Source of the DNA: a virus
DNA length: 64,000 nt
IMG/VR virus record: IMGVR_UViG_3300042691_025267
Coordinates: 1 to 64,000 of that record
Strand: one strand, 5' to 3'
The translations under genes were made by a program, and so were the position numbers. The notes beneath the pieces were generated by a model. The model was not told where the DNA came from. It saw only the letters and a list, made by a program, of their open reading frames with translations, and made no database searches. Positions 19,180-29,038 of the stretch are shown here, one piece after another (the first letter of the stretch is position 1; each line of letters opens with the position of its first letter).

Positions 19180-19539
19180 TCACTTAAGATATCTTTTTAA
19201 CTTAGATCTTATTTTTTTAACATTATCTCTTATATCACATTCCCACAAATTTATAAACCTATATCCAAGTTCTTCAAATCGTTTCTTTCTCTCTAAATCA
19301 CGATTCCAGATTTCTCTTGCAGTTTTTTTCTTACCTTTATTAAAGTAATCCGGTTTATATCTTTGTGGGTTACAGTGCCAGAAATCACCATAACACTCTA
19401 TAATATACTTATCACCGACCAAAAAGTCAACATTATATTTGTCAATTTCTACTTGTACTTTAAACTTGACTTTTAATTTTTTCAGTATATCAAAAACTGT
19501 TTGTTCAATCTTATTAAGCGATGTATTCTTATCGCTCAT
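19180..19539 (-). CDS. Vsr/DUF559-like endonuclease
   Basis: YNVDF, IIECYGDFWH, RD..R......GY....LWECD. Confidence 0.85.
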   Translation of the reverse strand: MSDKNTSLNKIEQTVFDILKKLKVKFKVQVEIDKYNVDFLVGDKYIIECYGDFWHCNPQRYKPDYFNKGKKKTAREIWNRDLERKKRFEELGYRFINLWECDIRDNVKKIRSKLKRYLK

Positions 19540-19549
19540 ACATCAAACG

Positions 19550-19819
19550 TCATGTGGTTTCTCTGGCTGCATCAAATGCGGTAATATATTTTTCTTTATG
19601 ATTTAATCCGACTAATCTAGCAACGATCTGATTATCTTTTTCCACAATCACCGTGGGAACATTACGAATCCCGTACAACTCTGCTGCATCTGAATCGGTA
19701 TCAACGTCCACCGTTTTAAATGTAATATCGGTGAATTGTTCTTCAAACTTCTTGAACTCTGGTGCCAGCACTTTACACGGCTGACACCAGGGGGCGGTAA
19801 ATCTTGTAACATTAATCAT
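19550..19819 (-). CDS. trxA: thioredoxin
   Basis: FTAPWCQPCK, VDVD, YGIRNVPT. Confidence 0.92.
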   Translation of the reverse strand: MINVTRFTAPWCQPCKVLAPEFKKFEEQFTDITFKTVDVDTDSDAAELYGIRNVPTVIVEKDNQIVARLVGLNHKEKYITAFDAARETT

Positions 19820-19840
19820 GAACCATTTCTCCAATAAATA

Positions 19841-21691
19841 TTAAATTACTTCACATCCACCACCACCGCACGCAACTTCACCAGCCAGATTCGTATCATC
19901 GCCGATTTCTACGACTTGACTTAAATCAATTGCATGTAAGTGGGAAATTAATTCTTCGTACTTCTCCTTTGTGCAGTCTTCAAACGGAGCCTGAACATAC
20001 GAGTGATCAGAATGTGGCAACACCGACAGTGCTGTAAAGTTTTCCTTGTTCGTCCACATCCATTCCCCAACGTCAACCCATTCTCCATCTTTAATAGATA
20101 CGGTAACGGAGACATTGTTTTTGTTCTCACCCTTACGATGTCCTTGCTTCACCCATTCCTTCCACACCTTACTCACACGATGAAGAAGATCTAACGCACT
20201 TTCTTCACGGGTCACAGCACCTTCTGGAGCACGTTGCGGAACACTGATTACTGACTGTTGGTTGGGCTTGAAGTAATCGTCTTCCAAGAGTTCTGGATGA
20301 TTGAACATCAAGTATGAATAAATACTTTCGTTCTTACCCACTCGTACACGACGGATGTAGTAATCGTTATGCCAAGCGTGAATTCCAGAAGAAGTTCCAA
20401 GAACCAGAGAAGAGGTACCTTCGGGTTTTACCGTAGTAGTACGGGCAGCCTTCTTGATGCCGATGATTTCTGCGACTCGTTCGTTTTCCGCCTTCACTAC
20501 GTTCGCTGCTTCCTTCATGTCCAACTTCAGTACTGCACCAGACGCAATGCCGGTCATACTGACGCCAATCAACGCTTCTCGTTCCGTGGTCTTTTTCCAT
20601 ATATCTCTCAAGTAATGAAAGTTCGTGTAACTTGCTTGAAGAGTCCCGATGAAGGCGGCAGCCCGTGCGCGGGCATTCAAATCATCTTGACTATCAACAT
20701 TACCCGCATTGATAGTGGTCAAGTTACAGAATTGAAAGGGACGGAGAGAGATTTCCGCGCACGGGTTTAAGCCCCAACTTGCATCATTCGTGAAAAAGAA
20801 ACCAGGTTCGCCGGATCCACTAAGTTCAATCTTCTTCCACAATTCTAAGAAGACTTCCTTTTCAATCTTATGACGAACAATGACCGCACTGTTATTCGCA
20901 CGGGCACGTTGTGGATTGTTTTCCCACCAGTTACCGAACTTACAGGTGAGCATATCATCATCGTCCAAATCAAACAGAGAGATCATTGCCGAACGACGAA
21001 TACCACCAGACAATACTGCATCAGCAATGTAGCAAAGGATGTCATGGACTTCAATAGATGACAACTGTTCACCACTCTGCTTACGATCAAAGATCTTTTG
21101 GATGTTATGAAGTGCATCCTTGAGTGGTTCTGGACCAGGCGCCTTTCCGCCACTCGTCAACAGTAATGCACCTTTCTGACGAACATCACGGAAATCAAAT
21201 AATGGAAGTGGCTTACCCTTTAAGTATGAGGCAACCAATACCTTCACTGCATCTGCCCATCCTTCAATACTATCACCGACAAGATATCGGCGTGTCTTTG
21301 ATGGTTTGGTGACCTCTGGAAGTTTTTCAATATGCTGACGTTGTACTGAATATCCTACACCTGTTCCCGAAAGAAGAAGGAACATCACTTCACTAAACGC
21401 ATCTGCGTGATCAATAGGTAAGAAGCAACAGTTATATAGACGTGCGTTATTAATTCCAATCGGCTTTCCTGCGAACTGTAATGAACGCATGGATGGAAGA
21501 ATCTTTTTATCGTATACAAATTTATAAGCTGCTTCAATTTCATCTACTAAATGTGGAAACTTTTCCACATGCATTTGTTTATTTCTTGTTACTAACTCGT
21601 CCCACGTTTCTCTTCGTTGTTTTTCTGGTACGTACTTTGCGTACTTCATGAATGTCGTAATGTCTGACAGCAGCTTAGATTCTAACAACAT
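19841..21691 (-). CDS. nrdJ: class II (adenosylcobalamin-dependent) ribonucleotide reductase, monomeric RTPR type
   Basis: YNCC, GGIRRSAMI, NPCAEI, KPEGT, C-terminal ACGGGGC; no NrdB in the window. Confidence 0.92.
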   Translation of the reverse strand: MLLESKLLSDITTFMKYAKYVPEKQRRETWDELVTRNKQMHVEKFPHLVDEIEAAYKFVYDKKILPSMRSLQFAGKPIGINNARLYNCCFLPIDHADAFSEVMFLLLSGTGVGYSVQRQHIEKLPEVTKPSKTRRYLVGDSIEGWADAVKVLVASYLKGKPLPLFDFRDVRQKGALLLTSGGKAPGPEPLKDALHNIQKIFDRKQSGEQLSSIEVHDILCYIADAVLSGGIRRSAMISLFDLDDDDMLTCKFGNWWENNPQRARANNSAVIVRHKIEKEVFLELWKKIELSGSGEPGFFFTNDASWGLNPCAEISLRPFQFCNLTTINAGNVDSQDDLNARARAAAFIGTLQASYTNFHYLRDIWKKTTEREALIGVSMTGIASGAVLKLDMKEAANVVKAENERVAEIIGIKKAARTTTVKPEGTSSLVLGTSSGIHAWHNDYYIRRVRVGKNESIYSYLMFNHPELLEDDYFKPNQQSVISVPQRAPEGAVTREESALDLLHRVSKVWKEWVKQGHRKGENKNNVSVTVSIKDGEWVDVGEWMWTNKENFTALSVLPHSDHSYVQAPFEDCTKEKYEELISHLHAIDLSQVVEIGDDTNLAGEVACGGGGCEVI

Positions 21692-21727
21692 CTATACTTC
21701 TCCAAATAGTTGAGGTTTGTCGGTTCT

Positions 21728-21736
21728 TATAAGTAT
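21728..21736 (-). promoter_or_regulatory. putative late promoter motif ATACTTATA
   Basis: Variant of the recurring motif in the intergenic region upstream of nrdJ. Confidence 0.4.
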
Positions 21737-21737
21737 A

Positions 21738-23123
21738 TCACTCGCCGTCAGAAAAATCGTCGTGTAACTCATTAAATTTCTTTGCTAGAGTTTTCTTCAA
21801 CATACTTTCCCCGGCTTGCATTTGCTTCTTCAATAGAATTCCCTTGGAGGAATTTTCATCATAAATTTCAATTTTTCCAATACTCGTATTCATAAATACT
21901 GGGAGCGTAACACCATCAGCACCGAAACGATTTTTCATTACGTGTGCTCTACCTGTATGATTTGCTTTATCTTCCAGTTTACGGGAAAGTGAAATCACCA
22001 AGTCTGCGTTCATAATCTTTTCATACGACGATGCAATCTTATCTGCTTGAATGACTTCATCTTGGATACTAGACCGTTGTGTTTGACTCGCAGTCCAGCA
22101 CGGAAGTCCCATCTCACCAGAGAGTCCGCGAAGTTCCTTGTAGATTTGTCCAAGTTCTTCATGTCGTGCATCAGACCGTTCTGTAGACCTCATAAGATCT
22201 GCGTAGTCAATCAACATGATATCGGGTTTCATCTTATTCGCAATCAAGTGTTCTAAGTGTGCTTGAATGGTGTGAGTGGTGATGGCGCTAGGTGGATAGT
22301 ATTTAATAACAATATCACCCATTACTCCATCAACGACACCACGAACTTGATCTGCATTATTTGGAATATTCCCAGGTTCAATTCCTGTGAAGATGGTATC
22401 AAATCGTAGACCCACATAATTTTCATTTAATTCTAATGTGTAGTACACCACACGTTTTCCTGCACGTGCCGCATTCGCACCAATCGTGGCAAGTGCCCAA
22501 CTCTTACCGATACCAGACGGAGCAGCAATAACACCCAATTCGCCAGACGCAAGTCCACCACCAATCAATGTATCAATTGCATCCCATCCCGTAGGAATAA
22601 CATTTCGTGTTTCACCTGCCAACCGCATTTCAATATCTTTCTTCCAATCATGACCAATGTTGCGTGGCTGACCAGACTTCAATGCAGTATCTACGAGACT
22701 CTTAATGTCTCCATATCGTCCAGCTTGAAGAAGATCAACGGACTTAATGATTGCAGACTTCAGTGCTTGATTCTTTGCGAAGTCAAGAAAACTATCTTTG
22801 ATATACTGCAAGTCATCATCGTTCTTACGTTGAAACGCCGTACGTAGTTGTTCCTTCACGGCAATCTTCAATACATCATCATTTACTCTATCCAATTCAA
22901 TCTTAAATACTTCAAGAGTAGGAACTGCTTTATATTGTGTGAAATAATCCATCGTCTGTTCAACAATCCATTGACCCGCATCACTTTCAAAGAATTTTGG
23001 ATTGAGTACATCCAATGACTGTTGTAAGAAATCAGTTGATGATAACAAGTTAGCCAACACTTTCGCCTGAAAGGTTGGTCCATATTTTGCCAAATTGTCT
23101 ACGGTCGTATCAGTTTGTGTCAT
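21738..23123 (-). CDS. gp41: replicative helicase (T4 gp41/DnaB family)
   Basis: IPTGW..ID, AAPSGIGKS, TLEL, IDYADL, WTASQ, KNRFG. Confidence 0.95.
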   Translation of the reverse strand: MTQTDTTVDNLAKYGPTFQAKVLANLLSSTDFLQQSLDVLNPKFFESDAGQWIVEQTMDYFTQYKAVPTLEVFKIELDRVNDDVLKIAVKEQLRTAFQRKNDDDLQYIKDSFLDFAKNQALKSAIIKSVDLLQAGRYGDIKSLVDTALKSGQPRNIGHDWKKDIEMRLAGETRNVIPTGWDAIDTLIGGGLASGELGVIAAPSGIGKSWALATIGANAARAGKRVVYYTLELNENYVGLRFDTIFTGIEPGNIPNNADQVRGVVDGVMGDIVIKYYPPSAITTHTIQAHLEHLIANKMKPDIMLIDYADLMRSTERSDARHEELGQIYKELRGLSGEMGLPCWTASQTQRSSIQDEVIQADKIASSYEKIMNADLVISLSRKLEDKANHTGRAHVMKNRFGADGVTLPVFMNTSIGKIEIYDENSSKGILLKKQMQAGESMLKKTLAKKFNELHDDFSDGE

Positions 23124-24159
23124 GCGTAAATCTATTAAGGGGAATGAACGTCTGTGCTAACCACGAGTCGTAGTTAGGGAACGCACCTAGTAATTTAGTT
23201 CTCATCATTAACTTTGTCAAGTCATATTTTCTGAATTCAACTGTTGCATTATGAAACATATTCACCACTTTCATACGTGCATCGGTTGACATCATACCTT
23301 CGTGTAGATTCATCAGCTGAATATTTCGTTCCACAATATCACGATTATCAAGGATATTAGAAATAACTTTAGGTATCTTTTTTGTGTCACCATATTTATC
23401 TTCAATAAATTGTAAATTAATATCAATGGATGGATCAACAATTTCTGGAATATATTTCTTTAATGTTGCTTGTCCAACGCCCTTAACTCCTTCAATATTG
23501 TCGCTGTTATCACCATCAAGTGCTCTATAAAAATAGAAATGCTTCGGATGTATTCCATACTCTTCCAGAACTACATCCACATCAAATGTTTTCTTCTTGA
23601 CGGGATTATACATTTTAACTGAGTCAGACACGAGTTGTAAGAAATCTTTATCAGTGGAATAAATAATACTATGTCCACCTTCCGCTGTTACTAATTGACT
23701 TAGTTGTCCAATTACATCATCTGCTTCAACATTATCTAATGCAAGAATTGTGACGGGTAAACATTCTAACATCTCAATCAGTGATACCAATTGAAACTTC
23801 ATGTTTTCTTTTTCTTGTTCGTCCGTAGTTAAATCATACGCACGATTTAGACGTACTGGTGGCTTTCTATTTGCCTTATACTGTGGGTAAATCTTTCTCC
23901 GTCGTTGACTTCCACCTTTTCCATCAAATACCAACACGACACGAGTCGGCTTGAATGTACGAATCGCAAGACCAATACTTTTGAGAAATCCAATCATTCC
24001 GCCAATATGATGTCCATCTTCATTCATTGACGGAACCACTGTATAAGATCGTAAGAATGTATTAAGTCCATCGACCAACAGGACACGAGAATTATATCCC
24101 ATGCCCTGTTGGTCGTTTTCAAACTTCATGTTGTGGAAAATACTTTGGAGATCAGCCAT
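23110..24159 (-). CDS. 5'-3' exonuclease / flap endonuclease (T4 RNase H-like)
   Basis: LLVDG, VFDG, YKANR, EADD, STDKDFLQL, GDNSDNIEGVKGVG. Confidence 0.93.
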   Translation of the reverse strand: MADLQSIFHNMKFENDQQGMGYNSRVLLVDGLNTFLRSYTVVPSMNEDGHHIGGMIGFLKSIGLAIRTFKPTRVVLVFDGKGGSQRRRKIYPQYKANRKPPVRLNRAYDLTTDEQEKENMKFQLVSLIEMLECLPVTILALDNVEADDVIGQLSQLVTAEGGHSIIYSTDKDFLQLVSDSVKMYNPVKKKTFDVDVVLEEYGIHPKHFYFYRALDGDNSDNIEGVKGVGQATLKKYIPEIVDPSIDINLQFIEDKYGDTKKIPKVISNILDNRDIVERNIQLMNLHEGMMSTDARMKVVNMFHNATVEFRKYDLTKLMMRTKLLGAFPNYDSWLAQTFIPLNRFTHDTN

Positions 24160-24394
24160 GTAGTAAAATGTTATGAGAACTGGTTGCGTTACTAATCGTG
24201 TTGGTGTTCCATGTTCCCATCAAATTTCCCCTATTAATTGTATAGGTATGTGATGGTAGATTAGAGCAATACTTTTGCATTAACGCCGTTCGCACTTCCA
24301 ACTCAAACATGGGTGTAATATCATATTCATCACCATGTGTATCGGAATATGCACGCATGACTAACTGTACGATGTCTTCTAAATTATTCGTCAT
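24152..24394 (-). CDS. hypothetical protein
   Basis: ORF filling the gap between recA and the exonuclease, overlapping both. Confidence 0.55.
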   Translation of the reverse strand: MTNNLEDIVQLVMRAYSDTHGDEYDITPMFELEVRTALMQKYCSNLPSHTYTINRGNLMGTWNTNTISNATSSHNILLHG

Positions 24395-25520
24395 CGGAGG
24401 CTCCCGTAATACTAATGGCTTCTGGATCAAATTCGGTCTGATACTTCATGATGAGTGAGTCACAGATCGTTTGATAAATGACTTCCTTTCGTTCCGCATC
24501 TGCATCCAAGAACTTACTGAACTCCTTGGATTGGAATTTGGTTTCTTCGCCTGTCGTTGGATCCACATAGGTATACCACGCACCTGCTTGCTTCACCAAC
24601 TTGTTTTCCTTCATGACATCCAACCACGATCCCGCATCATCAATTCCACGATTGAAATAAATTTGGAATTCCGCAGTACGATGTGGTGGACCCAAACGAT
24701 TCTTGACGATGTTTGCTTTCACCTTCACACCAATCACATCACCGCCAGAATTACTAATCTTACCCATCAGATTCAAACGGAGCCGAGTAGATGCATGGAA
24801 TGCAATTGCCTTACCACCCGAAGTCGTCCACGGATCACTAAACGCCATTGCGTTCATCTTCTGACGGAGTTGGTTTGTAAAGACTAGTGCGATTCGCTCT
24901 CGTCCAAGAAGTCCTGTAATCTTACGCATTGCCTTGGAGATAATGATTGCTTTATCTGTAGCATATCCGTCCTTTCCAAAATCGGCTTCCATTTCTTTCT
25001 TCGTGGAGGCAGCAGCAACAGAATCCACGACAATGGTAACCAACTTATCCTTATCTTTCCCAGTCCGTACCTTCTCAATAATTGTGGTGACAGCATCAAA
25101 AATTTCCTCAACAGTCTGTAAATGAACATAGACTAGTTTATTTGTATCAATACCCACCGCCTTAAAGAACTCAGGGTTGACTGCCGTTTCCGTATCAATG
25201 AGTACACCGACACCACCACGCTTCTGTGTGTTAGCGATCAACTGTGCTCCAATCAACGACTTACCAGAACCTTCCAATCCCGTCAATTCGGTAATACGAC
25301 CAACGGCAATACCACCGTGCGGACGATTACTGATAGCAATGTCCAACATGGTATTACCCGTTGAAATGAAATCGGTAAAGTCGGTAGGTGTTTCTTCACG
25401 ACCATCAAGGAAGTATGCGATCTGATCGCTATCCTTGTTCATCTTATTGAGTGAGTCTGCAATAAGGGACGCCAGTTCATCACGATCTGGTTCTTGAATG
25501 ACCTTCTTTTCTTTTGCCAT
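24384..25520 (-). CDS. recA: RecA/UvsX recombinase
   Basis: ISTG...LDIAI, GRITEL.GLEGSGKS, IDTE, VVDSVAA, FTNQLR, TTSGGKA. Confidence 0.95.
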   Translation of the reverse strand: MAKEKKVIQEPDRDELASLIADSLNKMNKDSDQIAYFLDGREETPTDFTDFISTGNTMLDIAISNRPHGGIAVGRITELTGLEGSGKSLIGAQLIANTQKRGGVGVLIDTETAVNPEFFKAVGIDTNKLVYVHLQTVEEIFDAVTTIIEKVRTGKDKDKLVTIVVDSVAAASTKKEMEADFGKDGYATDKAIIISKAMRKITGLLGRERIALVFTNQLRQKMNAMAFSDPWTTSGGKAIAFHASTRLRLNLMGKISNSGGDVIGVKVKANIVKNRLGPPHRTAEFQIYFNRGIDDAGSWLDVMKENKLVKQAGAWYTYVDPTTGEETKFQSKEFSKFLDADAERKEVIYQTICDSLIMKYQTEFDPEAISITGASDDE

Positions 25521-25531
25521 AAATGTTTCCT

Positions 25532-25580
25532 ATAAAATACGTTAATGACTCACTAAGAAATCTAGTGAGCCATTAGCGTA
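25532..25580 (-). terminator. intrinsic terminator after ssb
   Basis: 18-bp stem TACGCTAATGGCTCACTA/TAGTGAGTCATTAACGTA (one mismatch, one G-U), 7-nt loop, then TTTTAT. Confidence 0.7.
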
Positions 25581-25587
25581 ATGTCAA
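25559..25587 (-). promoter_or_regulatory. sigma70-type promoter for recA
   Basis: Minus strand TTGACA-17 nt-TAGATT. Confidence 0.6.
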
Positions 25588-25593
25588 GAGTGA

Positions 25594-26379
25594 TTAATTA
25601 AATACTTCGTCAAACTCATCAATCATATCTTTGACTGATGTTGTCTTCTGGGTAGTTGCAGACTTTGCTGCTGTCGGTGAAGTGACGGGAGTATCCTCAA
25701 CGGTCTTCTGTGTTGGGACCGCTGGACCACTGCTTGGATCAAGATACCGTTCAAGGGTGACCTTCAATTCCTCATACGAGGGTTCCTTGAAGATGGCACG
25801 AATGTCGGGCTGATCAGTGAGGAACTTTTCAATCTGTTCGGCAGTTCCAGCCGGAGTCTGATTTGGCTTTGGACGAACCATCGTCTTAGCGAAGTTCGTG
25901 TCGGACTTTTCCTGTGGGACATACTCAACCACAATGTCACGACCGTTCTTTACATCGGTGATATCGCCGTAATCGGGATCAGAGATGATAGAGAGAAGCT
26001 CGGTATACACCGTCTTGCCAAACGACATGAAACGAACGCCCTTATCTTCCTCACCACGAACGAGGATTGGAACAAACGTACGGAGCTTCGGACGGAATAC
26101 ACGAGACTGTGCCCAATCATCCTTAGTACCGCCGGCAGCAAGTGCCTCGGCGAACTCCATGATCGGATCACGGTTACCATAGGATGTTGGGGAAAGGTGG
26201 GTCTTATTACCCAGATAGTGGAAGTACAGTTCAATAAAAGGATTTTCCTTATTTTCCTTCCACGGAACAATACGAATGACGTGCTTGCCTTCGGTGGGCT
26301 TCCAGAGAGCGTCGGTACGATCTCCCTGGCGATTAAACTGATTGAGCTTAGCCTTAAGTGCTGCGATGTTTAGCGACAT
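25594..26379 (-). CDS. gp32: single-stranded DNA-binding protein (T4 gp32-like)
   Basis: WKP..GKHVIRIVP, FGKTV, DYGDITD..NGRDI, acidic tail DEFDEVFN. Confidence 0.88.
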   Translation of the reverse strand: MSLNIAALKAKLNQFNRQGDRTDALWKPTEGKHVIRIVPWKENKENPFIELYFHYLGNKTHLSPTSYGNRDPIMEFAEALAAGGTKDDWAQSRVFRPKLRTFVPILVRGEEDKGVRFMSFGKTVYTELLSIISDPDYGDITDVKNGRDIVVEYVPQEKSDTNFAKTMVRPKPNQTPAGTAEQIEKFLTDQPDIRAIFKEPSYEELKVTLERYLDPSSGPAVPTQKTVEDTPVTSPTAAKSATTQKTTSVKDMIDEFDEVFN

Positions 26380-26433
26380 AGTGTACTCCTTAGTGTTTAG
26401 TGTGTTTAGTGAGTTTAAAACTCCCTATCACGA

Positions 26434-26462
26434 ATAGTAATAGGGTACTGCTTAGATGTCAA
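26434..26462 (-). promoter_or_regulatory. sigma70-type promoter for ssb
   Basis: Minus strand TTGACA-17 nt-TACTAT. Confidence 0.75.
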
Positions 26463-26471
26463 GTCAAATGT

Positions 26472-26873
26472 TTAGCAATCTATAATGTGTAATAATTTAG
26501 TGTTTACGATTTTCAGTTTTCCGTAGGCAGTCACTAATACCATATTTTGTAATTCGTTCCAATCAATACGATATGATTTATCCAGCACACCACCGTTCTT
26601 AGATTCAATCAGTTTATTAATTGCATTAATCGTATAAATGGTATTCGTTTGTTTCTTTCTATGTACTGATATAGTTGAAGCAGGTGGTGTTAATGACTCG
26701 TTTAATTGTTTTGATACGTTATATGTCAACACGAGCTGATTAGCATCTTCGGTATTTTCTAGTACATATATTTTATTAAATACTAATTTATATGAACTTT
26801 TCACCTTTTCTACAGCAGCATCAAGTTCAGCAACTGTGGTGAACGTACATAATAATTGTGTTTCAGATTCCAT
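26472..26873 (-). CDS. conserved phage hypothetical protein
   Basis: QLLCTF, TYNV, TISVHRKKQTNTIYTINAIN; well-formed ORF. Confidence 0.7.
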   Translation of the reverse strand: MESETQLLCTFTTVAELDAAVEKVKSSYKLVFNKIYVLENTEDANQLVLTYNVSKQLNESLTPPASTISVHRKKQTNTIYTINAINKLIESKNGGVLDKSYRIDWNELQNMVLVTAYGKLKIVNTKLLHIIDC

Positions 26874-26936
26874 ATGTAACATCCATTAAGAGTAAAACCT
26901 CTTAATAAATATTACCGTTAATGCATAAAGTACGTA

Positions 26937-27797
26937 TTATTCGGAAACTGCTCGTCCTTTCATCTGCTCCCAATCTCTCTCTGGACGATCAACGAAAATG
27001 TTACGTTTCCAGACTGCCTCTAGCAACGGAGTTCCAACGCCTTTGGAATGTGCATAATGAATAATAGCTGACATATCTTTCGGGAAACAGGTACCACCGA
27101 ATCCATTGCGTCCATCGGGACCAGGTACTTTCCAGTGTCCTGTGCCAAGGCGGGAATCATTGACGATCAACTGACGAAGATCTTCCCACTCCACACCAGA
27201 CTCCTTGGCAACCGTCGCCATTTCATTTGCAAACGATACCTTGGTTGCCAAGAATAGGTTTGCGGTATACTTGTATAGTTCGGCGGTGTTGGACGATACG
27301 ACCTTACCAAACTTCGGATTAGACATTAAGCTGGTTTGACTGTTCAATGCCCATTCGGCAACCGCATCGGGTGTGGTAGACGACTTTCCAATCAGTGTGA
27401 CTTCTTGGTTAATATAGTCGGTTAGATAATTTGCTTCCGTCAAAAACTCTGGACTGAACATGATGATATGTTCGGGATGCTGCTGTTGTAATCGTTCCGT
27501 CGTTCCCGGTGACACAGTGGATTTAATCACGATTACCTTCTTCTCACTGGTCATGCACAGATCATGTACTACCCGCTCTACAATACCCGTATCACATGCT
27601 CCATTACTCATCATCGGAGTCGGAACCGCAACATAGATAAAGTTTGTACTTTCTAGAAATTCTTCAAATGAAGTGTGCGTGGGATTTCTTGCAGGATCTA
27701 TATCAAATGTATGAACCGCATGTCCTTTCAACGTATATGCGTTTAATACTGCACCGCCTACATATCCCAATCCTACAATTCCAATATTAAATGTCAT
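26937..27797 (-). CDS. UDP-glucose/GDP-mannose dehydrogenase family protein (short form)
   Basis: GIVGLGYVG, VAVPTP, IKSTV.PGTT, SPEFL, GFGGTCFPKD; lacks the C-terminal domain. Confidence 0.9.
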   Translation of the reverse strand: MTFNIGIVGLGYVGGAVLNAYTLKGHAVHTFDIDPARNPTHTSFEEFLESTNFIYVAVPTPMMSNGACDTGIVERVVHDLCMTSEKKVIVIKSTVSPGTTERLQQQHPEHIIMFSPEFLTEANYLTDYINQEVTLIGKSSTTPDAVAEWALNSQTSLMSNPKFGKVVSSNTAELYKYTANLFLATKVSFANEMATVAKESGVEWEDLRQLIVNDSRLGTGHWKVPGPDGRNGFGGTCFPKDMSAIIHYAHSKGVGTPLLEAVWKRNIFVDRPERDWEQMKGRAVSE

Positions 27798-29038
27798 AAC
27801 CGTATCTCCGAAATATTACCATATGTTGTGCCCGTATATAAACGAACGGGGAATTTTTTATCTTCTTCAAGGATGGCAACAATCTGCATAACCAATTCTG
27901 TATCAAATCGTTCCATGTCTAGTAAGATACTATCATAAGTATAAAGTATCAAGTGGTTGCGCGAGGTTTTTAGTAAGTCCAATACTTGTCGTAATTTAGG
28001 TAAAGTTTTTATTACTTCCAATGATTGTACGTAATAATTAAACATTTTACTTGCGTTTGGTTCTGGAAACTCCACCGTTATCCCATTGGGTAGTTCCAAG
28101 GTTCCCGTTGTTGTTTGAAACAGTTTCCGCAGTTCTACGACTCGTTCAAACAAATGAATACCATAGGTTTCATCCGACATACCATAGAGAATCTCAAACG
28201 TCTTTTGCTTACTCATTGCATACAGTTCATCGGTAATATCATCTGTACCGAAATACTTCTTTGCAAGCTCCATATGAAGTGATCCGCTCGGTAAAGTAAT
28301 ATCAAACTCATCGGCAATTAGTCGGAGATGATATGCCTCAAAATCCATTTGGACCAGTACTCCATTATCATACCGACTAATAAACGCATCACGAGTACCA
28401 TCCGATTTATTCAATGCGGAAAAATTAATACCACCAAATCTATTACTGGGTCTTCCGGTAATCGTATAGGGATTATATTCTGAATACACCAGATTATCTT
28501 TGAACGTTCGCAGTGTCCTTGGTTCAAAATGTTGTTGTAATACCTCCCGATCCACACAGATCCCCGCATCTTCTATTTCACGCAACGTATGAATCATAGT
28601 TCGGACGGATTCACAGGTGTCTGTTATTGTAGTATTATTAATAATGTCCCATTGCTTCTTTGCATACTTCTTAATAATTGATCCCCATGTTGACAGCGGA
28701 ATCAATCGGTTGACATCATTTATACTATAAAAATGGTTATGCGTGTCGTTAATGTACGGCGTATACTCCCATTCAATCAATGGAAGGTTGTGGACGTAGG
28801 CACGTATGTGAACGTCCTCTGTGGTCAAATACGGACCCAGCGGTACCGTAAAAGGTTGAGCATCTTCATGAGACACTGAAATAATATACGTTTCATCGGA
28901 AAAACTTACCCCCACACATAATATGTTATTTTCCTTTCTGTGGTAATGGATATCACGAAAAATCGGGGTCAATATACATTGCTCCCGATTCATTCGTTGG
29001 ATTAGGTTTTCGTATTCAATAACCGTTGTAATAACCAT
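27794..29038 (-). CDS. divergent family A DNA polymerase-like protein
   Basis: TITGRPSN..GINF, R.AFI, MDFEAYHLR (motif A), KQKTF..LYG (B), NYYVQS, TYDSILLD (C). Confidence 0.8.
   Translation of the reverse strand: MVITTVIEYENLIQRMNREQCILTPIFRDIHYHRKENNILCVGVSFSDETYIISVSHEDAQPFTVPLGPYLTTEDVHIRAYVHNLPLIEWEYTPYINDTHNHFYSINDVNRLIPLSTWGSIIKKYAKKQWDIINNTTITDTCESVRTMIHTLREIEDAGICVDREVLQQHFEPRTLRTFKDNLVYSEYNPYTITGRPSNRFGGINFSALNKSDGTRDAFISRYDNGVLVQMDFEAYHLRLIADEFDITLPSGSLHMELAKKYFGTDDITDELYAMSKQKTFEILYGMSDETYGIHLFERVVELRKLFQTTTGTLELPNGITVEFPEPNASKMFNYYVQSLEVIKTLPKLRQVLDLLKTSRNHLILYTYDSILLDMERFDTELVMQIVAILEEDKKFPVRLYTGTTYGNISEIRL

Noticed and set aside
25548-26414. 9-nt complementarity between ssb leader (ACTCACTAA) and its terminator arm
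   Set aside because: Short, and outcompeted by the local 18-bp stem
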